From Callorhinchus milii (lineage: Eukaryota), in assembly GCF_018977255.1 (NCBI RefSeq), contig NW_024704743.1, forward strand, positions 27,096,001 to 27,160,000: a stretch of DNA of 64,000 nt, given 5' to 3'. Shown here piece by piece: positions 23,861 through 35,914 of this stretch. Within the stretch, counting starts at the first letter, position 1; the number at the start of each line of letters is the position of its first letter. The notes beneath the pieces are model-generated. The model saw only the letters and a list, made by a program, of their open reading frames with translations, was not told where the DNA came from and made no database searches. Made by a program: the position numbers and the translations under genes.

Positions 23861-26800
23861 TGATTTGTGTCAAATAAAAGCACATTTATATAAAACTACA
23901 CGCTGAGCACTTTGAATGCTTTCTGTCATTTGTCTGCACATGACACTGTTCCCTACCCTTGCTCACGTACACAGAGTGGATGCACAAATCATTTGCACTG
24001 GTCACATGGCTCACTTAAGGTTGTTAGGATGCTTATTGAGAATTATTACATGTATCATCGGGCTGGATGGCCTATTTTTTCACTGGGAGAAAAGTATACC
24101 TCTTGGCAGATGTTTTCTAATCACCGTAATGAGTGATACAGAAGAGCATGGTGGGTGGATACTTCTAAAAACTGTTTGAAAATCCACCCACATAGCTATT
24201 TCACCAACAGCCTGGATTAGACTATGCTGTATATTTGTTTGATTCTCTTTCTCAATTTCTTTCCCTCACAGTTTATAGCTCTTTGTGCAGCAGGTATCTA
24301 TCAATCTATTTAAATCTATGTAGCACACTGGACTTTACCCTTATTCAGCCATGCACTGGACTTCATGCAAACTCATTGTTCTGCCTAGGTCATCATCTTC
24401 TGATTTGTGATGTATTGTAATATTCAGCTATATTGTACCTGAAGCTTGATCATTCTCTAATTTTGCCTTCCTGGTGAAGAGGCTATCTGAAACTCACTGC
24501 CAAATTTTGTTTAATATTTGGAATGGTACCTTATTAAAAAAATCAACAACTAATCAAGATAAAATATTCATCCAATCTAAAGTATTTTCCCATGTATGGT
24601 TCCTGGTTCCTACATGAAGGATGCTATCTGAAAGCAATTTGCTATTGTAGAGGTGACTAACATAATGAATCAGAAAGATTTTAATGTGCCATTATATTAG
24701 TCATCTCACCAGCTATTCAAATGAAGACTTTTATGGTGGTATCAATAGTTAACAGCATTTTAACAACAGCGCGGAAAGCAATTTGCTTCAGTTTGTTCTA
24801 TGTGCTGATATATTATATCAGATTACTCTTTGATACATTGTGGACTGCAGAAATAGTAGAGTGCTATCAATATACAGTACTTTATTCACTGCAGGATTTT
24901 TACTCGGGGTGGGGGAGAGATTTAATTTGCCTACAGTACCTCAATACTATTAATTTGCTCTCAATCAACGTTCCCAGGTATTTCAAAGTAACGCTCGTCA
25001 TCCAAAGAAAGGCTGAGAGGTTAGTAATTTAATGCAACAGATTCTATTGTAATTGAGCAGAGAATCTTCAACAGCAGGTACTTTGACTTTCCTCTGTCAA
25101 AGGCAAACCAAATCCACAGCTTAACATCAGACTGGTGTGTTATGGCAATTAAATAATACTGCCACATTCACAGATGTTGAAATCTTTAAACATTTCATCC
25201 CAGCAGTTAATTTACAGTTAGGGTATAGCTCCTGCCAAATGATATATAACCACAGTTTGAGATTGTATAATGTACACAATTATGTTGTAAATCATCACTG
25301 TAACAAATTGGTCTAAGTCTCTTCCCATGCTATTTTGTTAGAATCAGGAAGTCAGAATGTTTACTTGACAATTTTAATATTCAACAAAATCTGGTGAAGT
25401 GTCAGATTTCTGCTGTTATCGTCAATCCTTCCCCTGGAAACATATGTGCAAGGGTTGAATGTTCTCATCGAAACTAACAAAAATAGTCCTGCACTTGTAC
25501 TTCTCACTACATGTCCCAATTGAGTGAACAGCACTTATTGTTTGCCCACTCAACATGGATTCCTTTCCTGCGGGTAAAGGTTCCTTTTAGCATTCGGTAT
25601 ACCACCTTTGGCAATGGTGGCCTTTAACAGGATTTCCAATTATAGACATGTAGCGCCTTTTGTTAAAAGGAATTTTTACTCACTGGAGTGTTACATGAGG
25701 CAGCTATCAATCTCTCTCAGACACTTTGTAAACCAACCCTGAATTGCTGATGAAGAAACCGTTTTATTTATGTTGTACCTCTTTTTTGCTGTTCATCATG
25801 AGCATTATTGTTTCCATTTATGCAAAGGGTATGCTGGTTTATTCTCTGTGTTTTTCAAGATAATTTTTATTGAGTGTCAGTGAGAGTGATGTGGGTGGAA
25901 TTTCTATTGAATTTGCGCAGGGAGAAAGTCAAGAGCTGCATACTTTTGATTAATAATTACAGTTGTCTGAAGCTGCTGTTTTGACAATTATACATAACAC
26001 AACCAGAGGATTTGCACTGCTGGCAATAGACTTTTGTCACTCATGGCAGCACACATTTAGTATCATAATATGCATTGACTATTTGTGTCTGAGCTCCCAA
26101 TTTAAAATTCAATCCAGGTGTTAAAATTAATCTTTTAAATACATAAGGACCTTGGCAGTTATCAAAAATTCATGAATCCTAGAAATGTTGGAGTATATTG
26201 AGTGGCATTAATATGGAGTTGCCTTTGGCTCGTTAGATTTCCAGTTTAACTTTTGTGCAGTAAACATTTTGAGACTTGATGATCTGGAAGTCAGACATTT
26301 TGTAGTGTGGGAGATGGCTGGGACAGAGGAAGCAATCCAGTGGCTGCACACACGTGTAATCGTCTATTGCGGCTTTATTACAACACAGGTTGAAATTTTA
26401 TGTATCCCAACTGCTGCATTGTAACAAGGCTCCACTGTATATAACACACAATATATCATAGAATCTCTCTAACCCACTTGATTTGAAGAAACATTCTGCA
26501 AAGTTTCTTCCCATTCCCCAAGGATAAATCAAGTGAACTTTTGGAATATCTACATCTAACTTCATGTCCTGTGTTATTCATCCATGATTAGTTGCTTTCC
26601 CAAGCATAACATTTCCACTCCCACTTAGAGCCATTTAGAGACCATCAAATTCCATAGACCATTTCTTCATCTTTATAAACTTTAGCTTTGTTTCTTCAAT
26701 CCTTTTTTAAAACACTTTAAGAAGCTGAACAATAGAAAAACAAATTCACCATGCAATGTGGTGCTGAGCAGATAGATAGAACAAAGATTAGATTAGATTC

Positions 26801-26929
26801 TGGCTAGATTCTGGTAAAAATGTTTAAAAAGGAAAATAAAACATATTAGTCATGAGATTATGGGACCAAATCCAAACAAGATATTTCAATAAATCACTTT
26901 TTAACAAAAATGATAGCTTTATTATTTGG

Positions 26930-27185
26930 ATGACCTGAGTTCAATTCCCCTACCTGCAAGTTTCCTTACTCCACACGCCTAATAATAATCCCTCCGAAAC
27001 AAAAAACAATAATAAATTGGTCATTTTCAATCCACGACTGTTTGTGGGACATTGCTGTGCACAATTGGCTGCCGCGTTCGCCCAAAATATAGTCAATTCA
27101 CATTACAGTATATTCTGTGAAGCGCTTTGGGACATCTAGAAGACATGAAAAGCGCTATATCAAATGGAAGGATTATTATTATTAT
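26930..27185 (+). mobile_element. tRNA-Ala SINE short form, 5' damaged
   Basis: caagtttccttactccacacgcctaataataatccctcc...gacatctagaagacatgaaaagcgct. Confidence 0.85.
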
Positions 27186-27289
27186 GACCAGAATTACCAT
27201 TGAAAGAAAACAAAGAAGAGGGGAAAAAAACAGGATGCTAGAAGATTTCACCAAAAATGTTTGTTGAAGCTGATTATATAACAATACTG

Positions 27290-27530
27290 CCTGTTCAGGT
27301 AACTGTTAAAGATCCCAGGGCACTAATTGAAAAGAGAAGGGAGTTTCTCCCGGTATCCTGGTCCAAATAAAATTGGTCACTCGCTCTAGGGACATTGCAG
27401 TGGGTAAACTAGCTATTGTGTTTCACCCAATAAATACACAATCAAATCCACTTTAGAGTACATCCTGTGAAGCATTTTGAGATGTCTTGATAATGTGATA
27501 AGGTGCTATAACAAATTCAATAATTATTAT
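27290..27530 (+). mobile_element. DeuSINE, 5'-truncated
   Basis: cctgttcaggt..gttaaagatcccagggcacta..gagtttctcccggtatcctgg; tail. Confidence 0.75.
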
Positions 27531-29724
27531 AATGAGAAAATATTCTTGGAAGGTATGAAGGGAAAAGCAGGGGAACAAGATCAAAGTCCCTTTACCTAAA
27601 GAAAAATTGTCCTTTGAAGGACAATGCTACCAACCGACCCAAGATGAGAGCTTAGACCAAAAAGTGACCTGACCTGCCAATCCTGGCAACAAATTATTGC
27701 ACACTAAAAGTGAAACAGCAGCGCCATTGCTAATCATTTTCTGATCCTCTGCTCCTGAAATCTAAAGATTTAATCGTAACTCAGCACAGCTGAGGCACTT
27801 GGCAATGAATTTGAGCAAACCTGTCTGTATGGCTTAGTCCTGTACCAGGTGATACCCTAATCCACGAGATACATTGAGGGAGTTATCTTGGGTCCTTTCA
27901 AAGCTTATCAGTCAGTTTGTTGTAAATTTTGTAGCTGAAATTCTAATTATATTTCAGAAAATATAAAACAGGTACATGGTTATGGTATGAGATTATGTGA
28001 ATAGATTTTGGATTATGATGCATTATTTCCCAAAACCTCTCACATGAAGACCTGGAATGAGCAGCTGGTGCTGAGTAAGCCTGGCACACAGCATTGAACT
28101 TGGACCCCGAGAACATCAAGGTGGCTGGCACGTCACAAGCTGTCCAATAAAGGTCCTCGCATCTCACTGAAAGCAAATGACCATCAGTGACATGTAGAGA
28201 AAACTCAGAGGCTTGGGGCGACAGCTGCTGGAAGGTATTACCTTGGGTCCTGGTTTATGAACACATGTTCGTGCGTCTAGCGCCTGGAATCCCTCTTGAT
28301 TGTTTGCAGAGAGGCAAGCAACTGCTGCTGAAGCTTCACACCTCCAGCTGGTGGAACCATCACTCAATGGGAAAGGATATGCGTCTGAGCTGTTGGGGGG
28401 AAGATGGTGGCGATGCTCTTACGCATTTCATGCTGAGTTGTGTTGCCCACCGGGAAGCTTGCAGGGAGTTCTTGGTACTTACCATCTCGCGAGGCCTCAA
28501 ACCTGTTCTTGTCGGATGTCAAATGACCTAGGTTTTAACAGTTGTTTCAGAGGAGCCCCTTGATACAGTAAATATTGCAATCAAGTTCAAAATCGGAGCT
28601 TTAACAATAGGTGCTTTAAGTTGTTCCAGTTGTTTGAGTACTATTTCTGCAAGTAGGTGACGTACATATGTGGTTTGGATAGTCTTAAGCATGGTGATTG
28701 GGTTTCCACGTGTGTCAGACGTTCAGCTGTCCAAAAAACAAACTACAACTCCATCAGTGAACCTTTGATTACTTTTTTTTTAAAGATTATGAATGTTCAT
28801 CTATTGTGTCATGGTGCAGAGGCAGCAGACTTTTGTTATAGACAGTGATAGATTAACATCACTTTACTGAATGCTAATTGCCATTTACGTGATTAATAAT
28901 TTGTTTTTTTGTTCAGCTCAACATCTATCGGGCCCAACCCATGGGAGAGATGGTAATCTGCCTGTTTCTTTACACAATCCTTTTAGTAGAGTAGAATTTG
29001 CCACCTCTAGAGATAGTTTAACTTCGGGTGAATATAAAACTGAACACAGCTGTGGCAGCTCTGAATAAACAGCTATTAAAACCCGCTGCTCAAACTGGTA
29101 GCTGGCATGTTCAGAAAGACAGGCAAAATGACAATGATTGATGCTATAGCCTTTAAAATCCAGTCTACATCTGAAATATTGATGTCTTATTTCCTACTGA
29201 AAATAAAATGTCTTTTTCTTACTACACAATCGCAGCTAAAATTGAATCCCAGAACCTGCAGTTATGCTGAATTTAGCCTCCATACAAATTTGTATCTATG
29301 AACTACTGTTCATCGGATTTGTTAATGTTCTTAGGACAGCCAATAATTAAATAAATGTTCTCAGCATGGTGCTGCCCCTATTTAAGGCAATTCACATAGT
29401 TCAAAGAAATTTACTTTCTTTCTGGTGACTGGGATCCCTGTTGAGAAGGGCACGTCAGGAAGATGTTCTGCTGTTGTCAATAGAGAATGGCCATGTTACT
29501 AGCAGAGTGGAGTTGTAATGTGTTTTTTATCACAACTTCTGCTTGGAAAACCAGGCTCTATTGTCAATTTGCAAATCAGTACTGCCCTTGAGAAATTGCA
29601 TGTATATTACCAATGCCATGTAAATTCTCCAAACAGGGTTTTCTGCACACTGTAGAGGACTGGATCTCTTTTACGTCTACCAGTCTTACGTCTGGATATT
29701 ATATAGAATATAATAATAATAATC

Positions 29725-30128
29725 ATAATAATAACTGCACTTGATATAGCAATTTTCATGCAGTGGGAATGTCTCAAAGTGCTTCAGAGGATACACTGCA
29801 AAATGTATTGATTGTACAGTATAATTGCAGAGAAAGCGGCAGCGAAATGTGCACACAACAAAGGTCCATAGATAGCCATGGAATGAATGACTGATATTCT
29901 TTGGAGGAGTGTTGGCCAGGGGATTGGGAGAAACTCCATTCTCTATTTGAAGAGTGCCATGGGATCTTTAACATTCACCTGAATTGGCAGGCAGTTTAAT
30001 CTGAAGGACCAAACCTTCAACAATGCACCAGATCCTCAGCACTGCATAGACTATGAGTTTAAAGGTCCAACTTTGGGCTTGAATCCCAAACTTTTTGATT
30101 CAGAGTCGAGAATGCTCCCAACTGAACC
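29725..30128 (-). mobile_element. DeuSINE
   Basis: agtgccatgggatctttaacattcacctgaa Deu motif; decayed head and tail. Confidence 0.8.
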
Positions 30129-30644
30129 ACCCAGTTAAAATGGTTATGTGCTCTTGCAAAATATGCTGATAAATAATATTTATATAAACTTGAATTATTT
30201 AAAATCAAATTTTATTATAATTTTGCAAGTATATAAAATCAGAATGAAAAGTAACCCTTGAAATTGAAATGAAAATACACTTTACACCAACTAATACCAA
30301 CCTGATTAATAATACCAATACGTTTTGGGCCATTTGGTTAAGCACTAATCTATTCCTCATAAATTCTATGATGGTCACTTAATAAGAACTTTTGAATGAT
30401 GGACAGATTATTTTAGTTATGAGATTTCCTTTCAGAAGCATTTTCATCTGATCCCCTCCTCAGCCCTTTCAGCTCCCACCCTCAAATCAGTGTCCGTCCA
30501 GAATTGTCAAGTGCTTTGGGATTTCTTCCCAACCTGAAAGGCACCATAACAGTGTAAATTGCACCTTATTGTATTAAACAGTGCATCATTTTTACAAAAT
30601 GTTTTTTGATAAAGCCTGAAAGCATATTGTGCAACAATCTATCT

Positions 30645-31630
30645 GCCTGTGACATCATCCGCAGACATGTACGCAGATGACACCCAACTCTACCTCTCTG
30701 CCTCCACCCTTGACTCTAGGATCATTGCGGTGCTGACAGAACATCTGTCAGACATCAAGTTCTGGATGAGAGCTAACTTTCTTCAGTTGAACGTCAACAA
30801 GACCGAGGCTCTCCTAATTGGCTCTTGTCAGCGCCTCCTCACCTCAGGCGCTGACAGTATCACCATCCATGGTTGCACACTCAACCTTGCTAAGCCAGTC
30901 TGGAACCTTGGGGTCTTGTTCAACTCTCAACTATCCTTTCTATCCCACATCTGCGCCATGTCCCGCTCTGCCTTCCCCCACCTCCGCAACATTGCCCGGC
31001 TCCGACACTGTCTCACACCACAGGCTGCCGAAACCCTCATACACGCCTTCATTACATCGAGGCTCGACTATGCAAACTCATTGCTTGTCAGCCTCCCCAA
31101 CTCGTCCCTTCACAGGATGCAGATCGTCCAGAACTCTGCAGCCTATGTCCTTTCCTGCACCAGGCTCCGTGACCCTATCACCCCCATCCTTGCTCCACTG
31201 GCTTCCCATCACACAGAGGATACAGTTCAAGATCCTGGTCCTCACCTTCAAAGCCCTCCATGGTCTACCTCTCCGACCTCCCAACCCCCTATCACCCTGT
31301 TCACTCCCACTGCTCAGTGGGCTCCTGCCTGCTTCACGTCCCTCGCCTTGTTGACACCACTATCGATGGGTGGGCCTTCCGCCACTCTGCTCCCACCCTC
31401 TGGAACTCCATCCCGTAGTCCCTCTGTCTCGCCCCCTCCCTCACCACCTTCAAGACCCATCTTAAGACCCACCAGTTCGACCGAGCTTTCGATCTCCCTG
31501 TTTCCACCCCTGCCCTCCCCCTTCCCCCACCCCGACCCTCAGCTTGGGTCCGTAACTCTGTCTGTCCAGCACCTTGGGACGTCCTCCCGACGTGAAAGGT
31601 ACGATATTATGTAATTTTTGTTGTTGTTGC
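30645..31630 (+). mobile_element. 5'-truncated L2 LINE
   Basis: ORF 30649-31614 MYADDTQLY...LQLNVNKTE...ITSRLDYANSLL, then a frameshift; (TTG)n tail. Confidence 0.93.
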
Positions 31631-32229
31631 TGTTCCTTTAAATCAGGGGTAGCTGAGAAATCGAGGTCGTCAGACAAATAGCAGTGGAAATTACGTCCTG
31701 ACAACAGAACTAACACCTCAGGATATAAAGTAAGATTCATGCACAGAACCTCCTATAAGTTACACCGACCTGTGGAAATTCAGCTCTATGTCAGTTGTAA
31801 GGAATGAAATCTATTCCATTTGTAGGGCATCATAACAGTATTTTGTTCACTATTTACTTTAAGGTAATTCCTCAGCTGAGAATTTATAAATATGTTTTAA
31901 AAATTACCATTAAAATATACTTGACTGCAGATAGTGGGTACCTTCCCCATGGCAGGTAGATATTTACTCATCTTGGGGATATCGGTGCCATCTTGACACA
32001 CTGTTTTATCATTTTATTTCTCTCTAATGTTTTTTCCTTACGTTTTCTTACACTCATTTTAGGGAACAGGTTACTGGGCAGTACAACAACCTGCATTTGT
32101 ATAGCGCCCTTCACTCAGGATAGCATCTCAGCACTTTGGAGATGGAGAGTAGAATAGAACCCAAATTCTCTAAGCAACAATTCTACATCTATGAATTTAT
32201 ACGGGGAGCATTAATAGGCTATCGGATTA

Positions 32230-32430
32230 CAACTTAACCCAAATTTGTCCTCAGCTTTCACCCTTTTGGATGTCAATCAGGATTGGGAAGTCTTGCAAAA
32301 TGTCCCCTCCATAGGTGATGTCAATCATTGTGCTCCCACCACACTCCACCTACTATCAAATACTTCACCACAGCCTAGTGAACAAAGCTGGGATTTTCCT
32401 GGTCTATATTTCTGTGTTAGAAGTGACACA
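32230..32430 (-). mobile_element. Ancient SINE relic (AmnSINE2-like)
   Basis: ttgtcctca..atcaggattgggaa..tgggattttcctggtctata motifs in the expected order. Confidence 0.35.
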
Positions 32431-34939
32431 TAATATGAGGTTAGGAATCAGAGACTGCAACTAAATATTTCTAATGCAGGAGATGTTAAAACTGTCAACA
32501 CTTTGCCAATCAAGCAACGAATTCCACAAACATTAAATAGAAATTGTGGGTAAAGATTTAATGGTGTGTGCATATGAAAAGCCAGTAAACAGAGTTTTTG
32601 TTTTAAGTGATACAATAAAATTCAAAATAAATCAGCAATAAATGAGTAGAGAAAATAATGAACACTGTGTGCTTTTTAAAATGTTATCACCAACTACCCT
32701 TTACCAATCCTTATTCTAATATATACCTTCAATATAAATACATTCAAGAAAGCAGAGTCTGGAAGGTAAACATAGAACAATATGTGTCAGAAAATTGCAG
32801 AGCATGTGGGAGATGCACCAAAAGAGAGGGAACAGTAAACAGACAATCCTGTAGCAAGCAAGTGTACAAGAAGGCATTGCCTTTCAAAATGTCAAAATAT
32901 GACCAGAGTTGAGCTAAACCTCATTACATTATCTGTGAAGGAAAACAAATCTAAAACAATAGATAATTGATGCAGCAATAAACATTTTTTTAATTAAATC
33001 CTATACAATAAATTAACATTTCTTAACTATATTCATACTTTTGATTTACAAAATTTACCATGAACAAACTGCAAAGGATTTATTATTTGGAGGATTACAA
33101 TGCATTATGCAATTTATATTTATATACTGCCTTCCACATCAGGAAGACGTCTCAATGTACTTTATATTTGCAGGCTGGGAACATGACAAAGGATCTTCAG
33201 GAAGATGTAGATGTAATGATGTACATGTGCATATGTTCTGAAGCTATATGCTGTCCTCAAAAACCTGCAGATGAGGATTCAGAGGAAGAAGAACTTCAAA
33301 AGAACATAGTTCTTCATAAGAAGAGCTTTGTGTACTGCTCTGACACTCATGTATAGGTTGTGTGAGGATGTCTGTGAGGCTCAGATAACTGCACTTTACC
33401 ACTTTGTTGTGTGTAGGTTTATATGGAATCTTTTGTTTTGAATACTTGCAAGGTTCAAGTTGTCTTCTTATTTCTAACCACTCCAAAAGATTTGGTGACT
33501 TTTTTTTAAATAAAGATTCCTCAGGATTTTTCACAGCCCTTTGTTGTGACCAGCTCTGATATATTTTTCTACAAAAAAGGGTGCATTGCTTCAGTAAAAT
33601 AAATAATTCTGTGTCACTGAAACACAGTCTCATTTTTACTTTCTATTTGGTCATCAGTTTTCCAGGTTTTAGTGGAAAAGCGTAAGTTTGTTTAATTTAT
33701 AAAGGTTAAGGTATTCATTTCTACTTATTACAGTGATACATATCAATAATTTTGACCTTCTGAAATATTAATGTTTCTGAGAATTCTGAAACCACTAAAT
33801 ATAGAAATTCTGATTATGGATAAAATATCTGAAAAGATGATAAGTGACCTTTTTTTAACATAAAAAGCAACAAAATCCAATGATTAATGAGAAAAGTTTA
33901 CAGACTCAAATCCCATTGCATTTTGGGGGTAAAGTAAACAGCAGTAAACTGGAATATTTCCCACTCTGTGCTTTAAGAATGTGATTAACGTCAGAGTAAT
34001 GGTTTTCGGAAGGATCTTCACAATCAATAAAAGATCTACAACTATCTGACTGCTGTGAGTGTACTTGAATCACTGCTGAGGATTGGCAGTTGTGACTGAG
34101 AGAGGATAGCACTACAATTCCTCGTCATTGGTAAATCTTACCTATTGTCAGAATTATAATTCAAAAGAAGACACGTCAAACAATTGAGATTTTTTATGTT
34201 GTTTGGCACAGAATAGGAAGTGGGTAACCTTACACTCCACTGACATTTTGCCCTTGAGACTTGAGGCTCACATTAAAACCTTGCACAGAACAGACCTTGA
34301 AAGAACTGTGTTGTTAACTTCAAGACTTTGCAATTAATTTTAGACTTTTGCAGATGATGATTAATTTTATATCATTTCACAATAACACAAGTACGCAGGA
34401 TTTGTCAAGTACAGTATTACATTTTCAGTCATAAATAATTGCTTCTCCTACAGAACACATCAGATAATTACTACCGAGGCAACTTTTATAATTATAGCAT
34501 TGCAATTTAAATACAATCACTACTGACATTAATCTTTCAGACCCAAATAATTAAAGATAAAAGCTACTATTTTTTATTCCAAAAAAAATTGTTATTTGAA
34601 ACAAAAAGCGCAAATACAATTAACCTTACCACGTTAAAGGTAATGTTTCGATATATTGTATTTGCCCTTTGGATGAAGTTCAATTATCAGTGCTTGATAT
34701 CAATGGATATTCAGATAATCACATGTTCTCACTCAAAGTACTCTGAAAATAACAGGCTTGCAAAAGTGAGCTCAGGTTTCACTAGTCAACTACTCATGAG
34801 TATTTGATATCAAAATTAGTAATAATCATACAAATGCACACCCAATGTGTTGCAAATCGGTGATTCTTTGTCAAATTCTATTTCAGTAAGATTAAATAGA
34901 GTATATGGACTTAAATATTATTGTTATTATTATTAAGAA

Positions 34940-35342
34940 TAATCCTTATGTTTGATTTAGTGCCTTTAATGTTGAGAGGTGTTTCAAAGTGCTTCACAGG
35001 ATATACCACATAATGTGACTGTGTATTTTATAGTGAATGCTTACAATGCCTTCATTAGCAGCAGAGAAAAAACTGTTCCATATGAGTTGTCCTCCAAACA
35101 GTTGCAAATTCGTATTTTTAATTGTTTTGTTTGTGAGTCTTTCATGAATTAATTTTCAAGTTGTGCACAGTAATGTCCCACACATAGCCATGAAGTGAAT
35201 GACCAATTTTATTTAAGGAATTGCTGGTTGTGCTATCGGGAAAAACTCCCTTCTCTTTTCGTTAAAATGCCATGGGGTCTTTAACGTCCACCTGAACAGG
35301 CAGATGGGATCTCGGTTTAACGTCTCCTCCGAAGGACAGCCC
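34940..35342 (-). mobile_element. DeuSINE, headless, with an internal insertion of about 110 bp
   Basis: tgccatggggtctttaacgtccacctgaacaggcagatgggatctcggtttaacgtctc. Confidence 0.8.
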
Positions 35343-35914
35343 TGTAAAGTGTAGTGACTGTTTTGTTTTGTAGGCAAACATGGCATTTAATATACCCTTC
35401 TTTCAATGTTGATATAGTTTCAACCTGTCTTGCCTTTCTTTCTCCTCTAATGCCTTTGTATTTAACTATTTCTAATAATAATGGTTACATTTGATATTGT
35501 GCCTTTCATCTCAAGAGAGCATCTCAAAGCATTTTGAAGATTATATAGTAAAGTGCAGTGACTGCATTTTGTAGGTGAACAGGGCAATTTATTTTCACAC
35601 AGCAATGTCTCATAAAAAACAGAAAGTAATACCAAATGAACCACTAGTTATCATTTATACATGATTAGATCATTTCCTTGACTACAATCTTTCATAACAA
35701 ATACAATTTACTACCAATACTTTACCCTTCATTACTGAAGATTGGCTCCTGCTGCATTGCAACGGAAGAGATTTAATGGAGCTCTTGCATTTTATAAAAT
35801 AGTCCCATATACATCTAGCAGGTATAAATACTACTCTTTGCATGTTTCCGAATGCACTTCAATTAATCCAGCAGCTGTACTGTGTCTCTATTCAATCCCT
35901 GCGAAACCATGATT

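Noticed and set aside
30649..31614. Longest ORF (321 aa) as a host gene
   Set aside because: It is an L2 RT fragment that slips into a Pro/Ser-rich wrong frame after a frameshift; a 5'-truncated TE.
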